A stretch of DNA of 64,000 nt from Eledone cirrhosa. Taxonomy: Eukaryota. Of this stretch, positions 60,280 through 64,000 are shown piece after piece; the stretch's first letter is position 1; every line of letters begins with the position of its first letter. Where the stretch lies: NCBI GenBank assembly GCA_964016885.1, contig OZ024753.1, positions 11,904,001 through 11,968,000 on the forward strand, read 5' to 3'. The position numbers were made by a program, and so were the translations under genes. The notes beneath the pieces are model-generated. The model searched no databases. It saw nothing but the letters and a program-made list of their open reading frames with translations, and was not told the origin of the DNA.

Positions 60280-60370
60280 ATCATCACGTGACTATACAAA
60301 CATTCTGTAGTGAATACATGCGCAAAGGCTCGGTGACGTCACTTCCGCCCAAATGTGACGTGCGCGAATA
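60280..60370. promoter_or_regulatory. Housekeeping-type proximal promoter motif cluster
   Basis: E-box TCACGTGAC 60284-60292, NRF1-like CATGCGCA 60317-60324, full CRE TGACGTCA 60334-60341 overlapping ETS CACTTCCG 60340-60347 and GC-box CCGCCC 60345-60350, second TGACGT 60356-60361; CpG-rich island in AT-rich unique DNA. Confidence 0.6.
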
Positions 60371-60396
60371 CTTAACAAACAGTTTAGTTGCAGCTA

Positions 60397-60497
60397 ATGT
60401 TTCCATCCTGCCAAGACCTGTCCAGTCCTTCTCCTCTCGCCATCAGCAACTCAGGACATTATTCTTATATACGAAGCAAGGACTTAACTTCTTCAAT
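60397..60497 (+). CDS. Candidate first/early host exon, product unknown
   Basis: ATG 60397 open for MFPSCQDLSSPSPLAISNSGHYSYIRSKDLTSS up to a GTGAGT donor at 60498, just downstream of the motif cluster; no homology recognised. Confidence 0.3.
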
Positions 60498-61416
60498 GTG
60501 AGTAACTAAAAACTAATATTTACAACACTCATGGACTTGGACATTATTTCCCACTGACCTGCTCACACCTTTGTCACATATTCTGCATTAGTCCTGCTTG
60601 TCACTTGACTTTATAAATTTATATATTTGTTTTCAATCAAAACACCTTCTGATTCCTTATACACCTTTATATTTCTCTGCTCACCGCCTTGCTACAGTTT
60701 CATCGTTAGATATTTTGTCTTGTGGTGTTTCATCCCTAAATGTATCCAATCAACCAACTTGATATCCTTAATTTATATTCCAGGTCGAATTTTCCTTTTT
60801 TTTTTCAAATCACAAAACATTTAAAACATGCGAAGATATGTTACCATGTTGTGCCATGAGAATATACTAATGGAAAGCAATAACATTTCATGAATATGAG
60901 ATATTATGTCTATTTAAAAAGGAATAGTAATTTGAAGGACTTAGCGTGAAAGGGACGGAAAATAAATGAACACTGGGAGTTTGAGTTACAATTCAGTTCC
61001 AATAATGAGATAAGAGTCTAAGAAATGCACTGGTCTTCTCACAGAAAAAATACGATTTATCACACATATAAAGAAGTACGACAATAGCTGATGAGTCTAA
61101 AATAAATAATATCCTAAATTACTTACAATCTCGTTGTTACATCTTCATATGAAGATGTGCATAGCGTTTAGCGTCTCTGAGACCATCAATTTTATCTGCA
61201 ACAGCGGATATATATATACACAATTATATTCCTAATTCTTCACAATTAACAAACATAACTCTATTACATAGACATATGGTTCTCTACTCATCTAATATAT
61301 ACAATTATGTAGACGACGATATTGTAGAGTTGAGTAGCTGGTGACGGCCAAGAGACTTCAGTATACGGCAAAGCAATAAAGATAAGAATCGGAATAATTA
61401 TTTTGGTCTATAGCGC

Positions 61417-61459
<43 letters not shown>

Positions 61460-61744
61460 CTTACATACATTTTGATGTATGTATGTGTTTTTGTATGTAT
61501 GTATGTAAATATGTATATATATGTGTGTATATATAATGTATGTATGTAAATATGTATATGTATATATAATGTATGTATGTATGTAAATATGTGTATATAT
61601 GTGTATATATAATATATATATATGGTTATATATATACATGTGTGTATATATATATATGTGTATATGTGTGCATGTATAAATAACCATGTGTGTGTATAGA
61701 TATATGTGTGCATGTGTATATACATGTATATATATATATATATT

Positions 61745-61775
<31 letters not shown>

Positions 61776-62135
61776 GCATGTTTGTGTGTGTAACATGTGT
61801 CCTATTGTATTAGATTAATTAATGTCACTGAAGAAGGAAACGTAATTACGTTTCGGCTTCGGTCAGAGAAACAAGATGAAGCAAATGGATTTCAGTTAAG
61901 AATTTAAGGATTCCATCTGGGAATATCATTAATTATTTGTTGTAGGCTGCTCACACTTAAGAACATATCCAATTTACTGTGTGTATAATGGCAGCCAACT
62001 GACAGAATCATTAAAATGTCACATGAAATATCTTTTGGTCTTTGCTCTCGCTCTTCGATCTGAGATCAATTTCCACCTTGTCCATCAGTCCAGTGTCAAC
62101 AAGGAACCATTCAAATATCGATGACAATGTGTCTC

Positions 62136-62418
62136 TAATAGGTTTAACCCTATTATATCTCATAATACTCTTAATAGGTTTAACCCTATTATATCTCGAT
62201 ACTCTTAATAGGTTTAACCCTATTATATCTCGATACTCTTAATAGGTTTAACCCTATTACATCTCGATACTCTTAATAGGTTTAACCCTATTATATCTCG
62301 ATACTCTTAATAGGTTTAACCCTATTATATCTCGATACTCTTAATAGGTTTAACCCTATTACATCTCGATACTCTTAATAGGTTTAACCCTATTATATCT
62401 CGATACTCTTAATAGGGT
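62136..62418. repeat. 34-bp palindrome-containing minisatellite, 8 units
   Basis: Unit TAATAGGTTTAACCCTATTATATCTCGATACTCT. Confidence 0.95.
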
Positions 62419-63265
62419 TTAATATGCAGGTGTGAGCCTCGTGAGCTGAAATACCTCTTCCAGCGCATCTCCCTTACCATCCTACAGGAAAACGCCTTCT
62501 CCATTCTGTCCATCAGGGCTTTAGGGAGGCCAGCACGTGGGACCCCATTTGCTCACTATACAGTGAGATGGGGAGGGCGAGAGAAATCGTGGCGCGATGA
62601 CAGTGAGATTTCGGTTCTTCCGCGTTCGGACCTGGTTTTATGTGAGAGATGGGGAGGGTGAGAGAGATGGAGGCGATGACAGTGGAGGCTCTGCTCTTCC
62701 ACGTACGGACCTGGTGTGCATGAGAGATGGGGAGGGTGAGAGAGATCGTGGCGATGACGTTGGGAGTTCGGCTCTTCCGGGTCCGGACACATTTCACCTG
62801 TCAAGGGTGTATTTTCATACTTCTGACGAACTTTAACACTTAACCTATAATAATACTATTGCTAATAACAATATTTGTTTTATTTGTAATACTATTATTA
62901 TTATATTAAACAATTATTTCTCTCTTCCTGAGTGAAATTAAAAATTCATATAGTATGTTTTGATTTAAATTAGCATTAATTAGCATTTCGTCCTCTCTCC
63001 ACTAGTTTGCTGATCTATTAACCCTATTATATCTCATAATACTCTTAATATGGTTAATATTCAGGTGATACTCGCGGGCTGGAATGGTTCTTCTAATCCA
63101 TCTCCCTCACCATCCTCTGAGGAAACGCCTTCTCTATTCTGTCCGCCGGGAACGCGGGTGGGGGTCAGTGCGTGGGACCCCATTTGCTCATAATAGTGGA
63201 GAGAGAGAGAGAGAGAGACGCAGGCGATGACAGTGGGAGTTTGGTTCCTCTGTGTTCGGACCTTG
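62419..63265. repeat. Unclassified repeat in two diverged copies (62419-62800 with three ~78-bp subrepeats; 63018-63265)
   Basis: Shared AGGAAACGCCTTCTC.ATTCTGTCC, CGTGGGACCCCATTTGCTCA, GGCGATGACAGTGG..TTCGGACCT. Confidence 0.75.
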
Positions 63266-63498
63266 TGTATATGTGTGTGTGTAATTTTACCCTTGTTTTT
63301 GTTTTCGTGAGTGAAGTACAAGAAATATATAAACTAAATATAAATATAAATAAAATATATAGAATAAATATAAGTTGAAAAGTAAAGTCACTAAAAACAT
63401 CGTAAATTTCTCCAGAATGCTTAAATATCCATGGAGACTGTAACATCTATACAAGAAAAACATTATACTGACGTCTCAAAATACTCTGAGATAATAAT

Positions 63499-63683
63499 TA
63501 CTTCTACTTTTGGCACAAAGCCAGCAATTACCCAGAGCATTACTGGTACTTTATTTTATCGACCCCGTAAGGATGAAAGGCAAAGTTAACCTCGGCGGGA
63601 TTTGAACTCAGAATGGCAAGGGCCGTAACTCTATACGTCAAAGCATGGCATCCGACCCTCTACCGATATTGCCAATCCAACGC
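63499..63683 (-). mobile_element. SINE family 1
   Basis: Full-length match to the other copies. Confidence 0.9.
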
Positions 63684-64000
63684 TATGGAGAAAAATGTAA
63701 GCATTAAAAGTGTGTTTCTCTTCCCTCAGAAAACAAACAGCATAATATAAAAGAACGTACATTTTTGTCGTATAGCCATGATTTCTAATGAACTTACAAT
63801 TTGAATGATTTCTCTCGTCTGAAAGTAGTTATTCATAGCGGTAGGTTGAGGAGAGTGTTTGATTATTATAGTCAACCTTTCGGAGGGAGAGTGGAATAGG
63901 TTCCCGTGATAGTCATCGTTTGACAATTGCACATTATTTCTAGAGTTAATTAATAAACTCGTGATTATTCACTCATCATAGCTTTAATTTAATTCAAATC

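Noticed and set aside
61824-61870. CTGAAGA followed by the palindrome GAAACGTAATTACGTTTC as a hammerhead
   Set aside because: Cannot form stems I-III together with an intact GAAA core; at most a broken remnant

Overview
Eukaryotic, very AT-rich, gene-poor animal DNA. The SINE families and huge (TA)n/(TATG)n tracts resemble an octopus/cephalopod genome; this is inferred from pattern only. Almost all long ORFs in the track are microsatellite translations (YIYI/CMYV) and not genes. Real coding sequence is retroelement-derived: one apparently intact RTE-clade LINE (APE + RT + three C-terminal C2H2 fingers, 4877-8422), a 5'-truncated CR1-like RT, R4/Dong-like RLE fragments, a Penelope-like (Naiad/Chlamys-type) RT fragment, a Vingi/Ingi-like 3' end, and an LTR with a tRNA-Trp primer site. 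There are also five copies or fragments of a ~600-bp non-autonomous RTE derivative, about 15 copies of one tRNA-derived SINE, and several minisatellites. The most interesting signal is a set of short inserts in (TA)n tracts, densest at 23.5-26.2 kb and also at 41.6-42.3 and 53.2-53.7 kb. They share a fold-back architecture (inverted arm + sense arm + tail) and often carry minimal type I hammerhead ribozymes, including a compensatory U3-A8 core and a recurrent CCGANGA core; they look like Penelope pLTR-derived non-autonomous elements. A second theme is RTE elements that end in, and insert into, (TATG)n, building head-to-tail chains. A housekeeping-type promoter motif cluster (CRE/ETS/GC-box/E-box) lies at ~60.3 kb near a 43-bp satellite with ~25 CRE-like sites. 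Two weak host-exon candidates are present. There are no CRISPR arrays, rRNA genes or true tRNA genes. All structures were read by eye; no folding program or database search was run.
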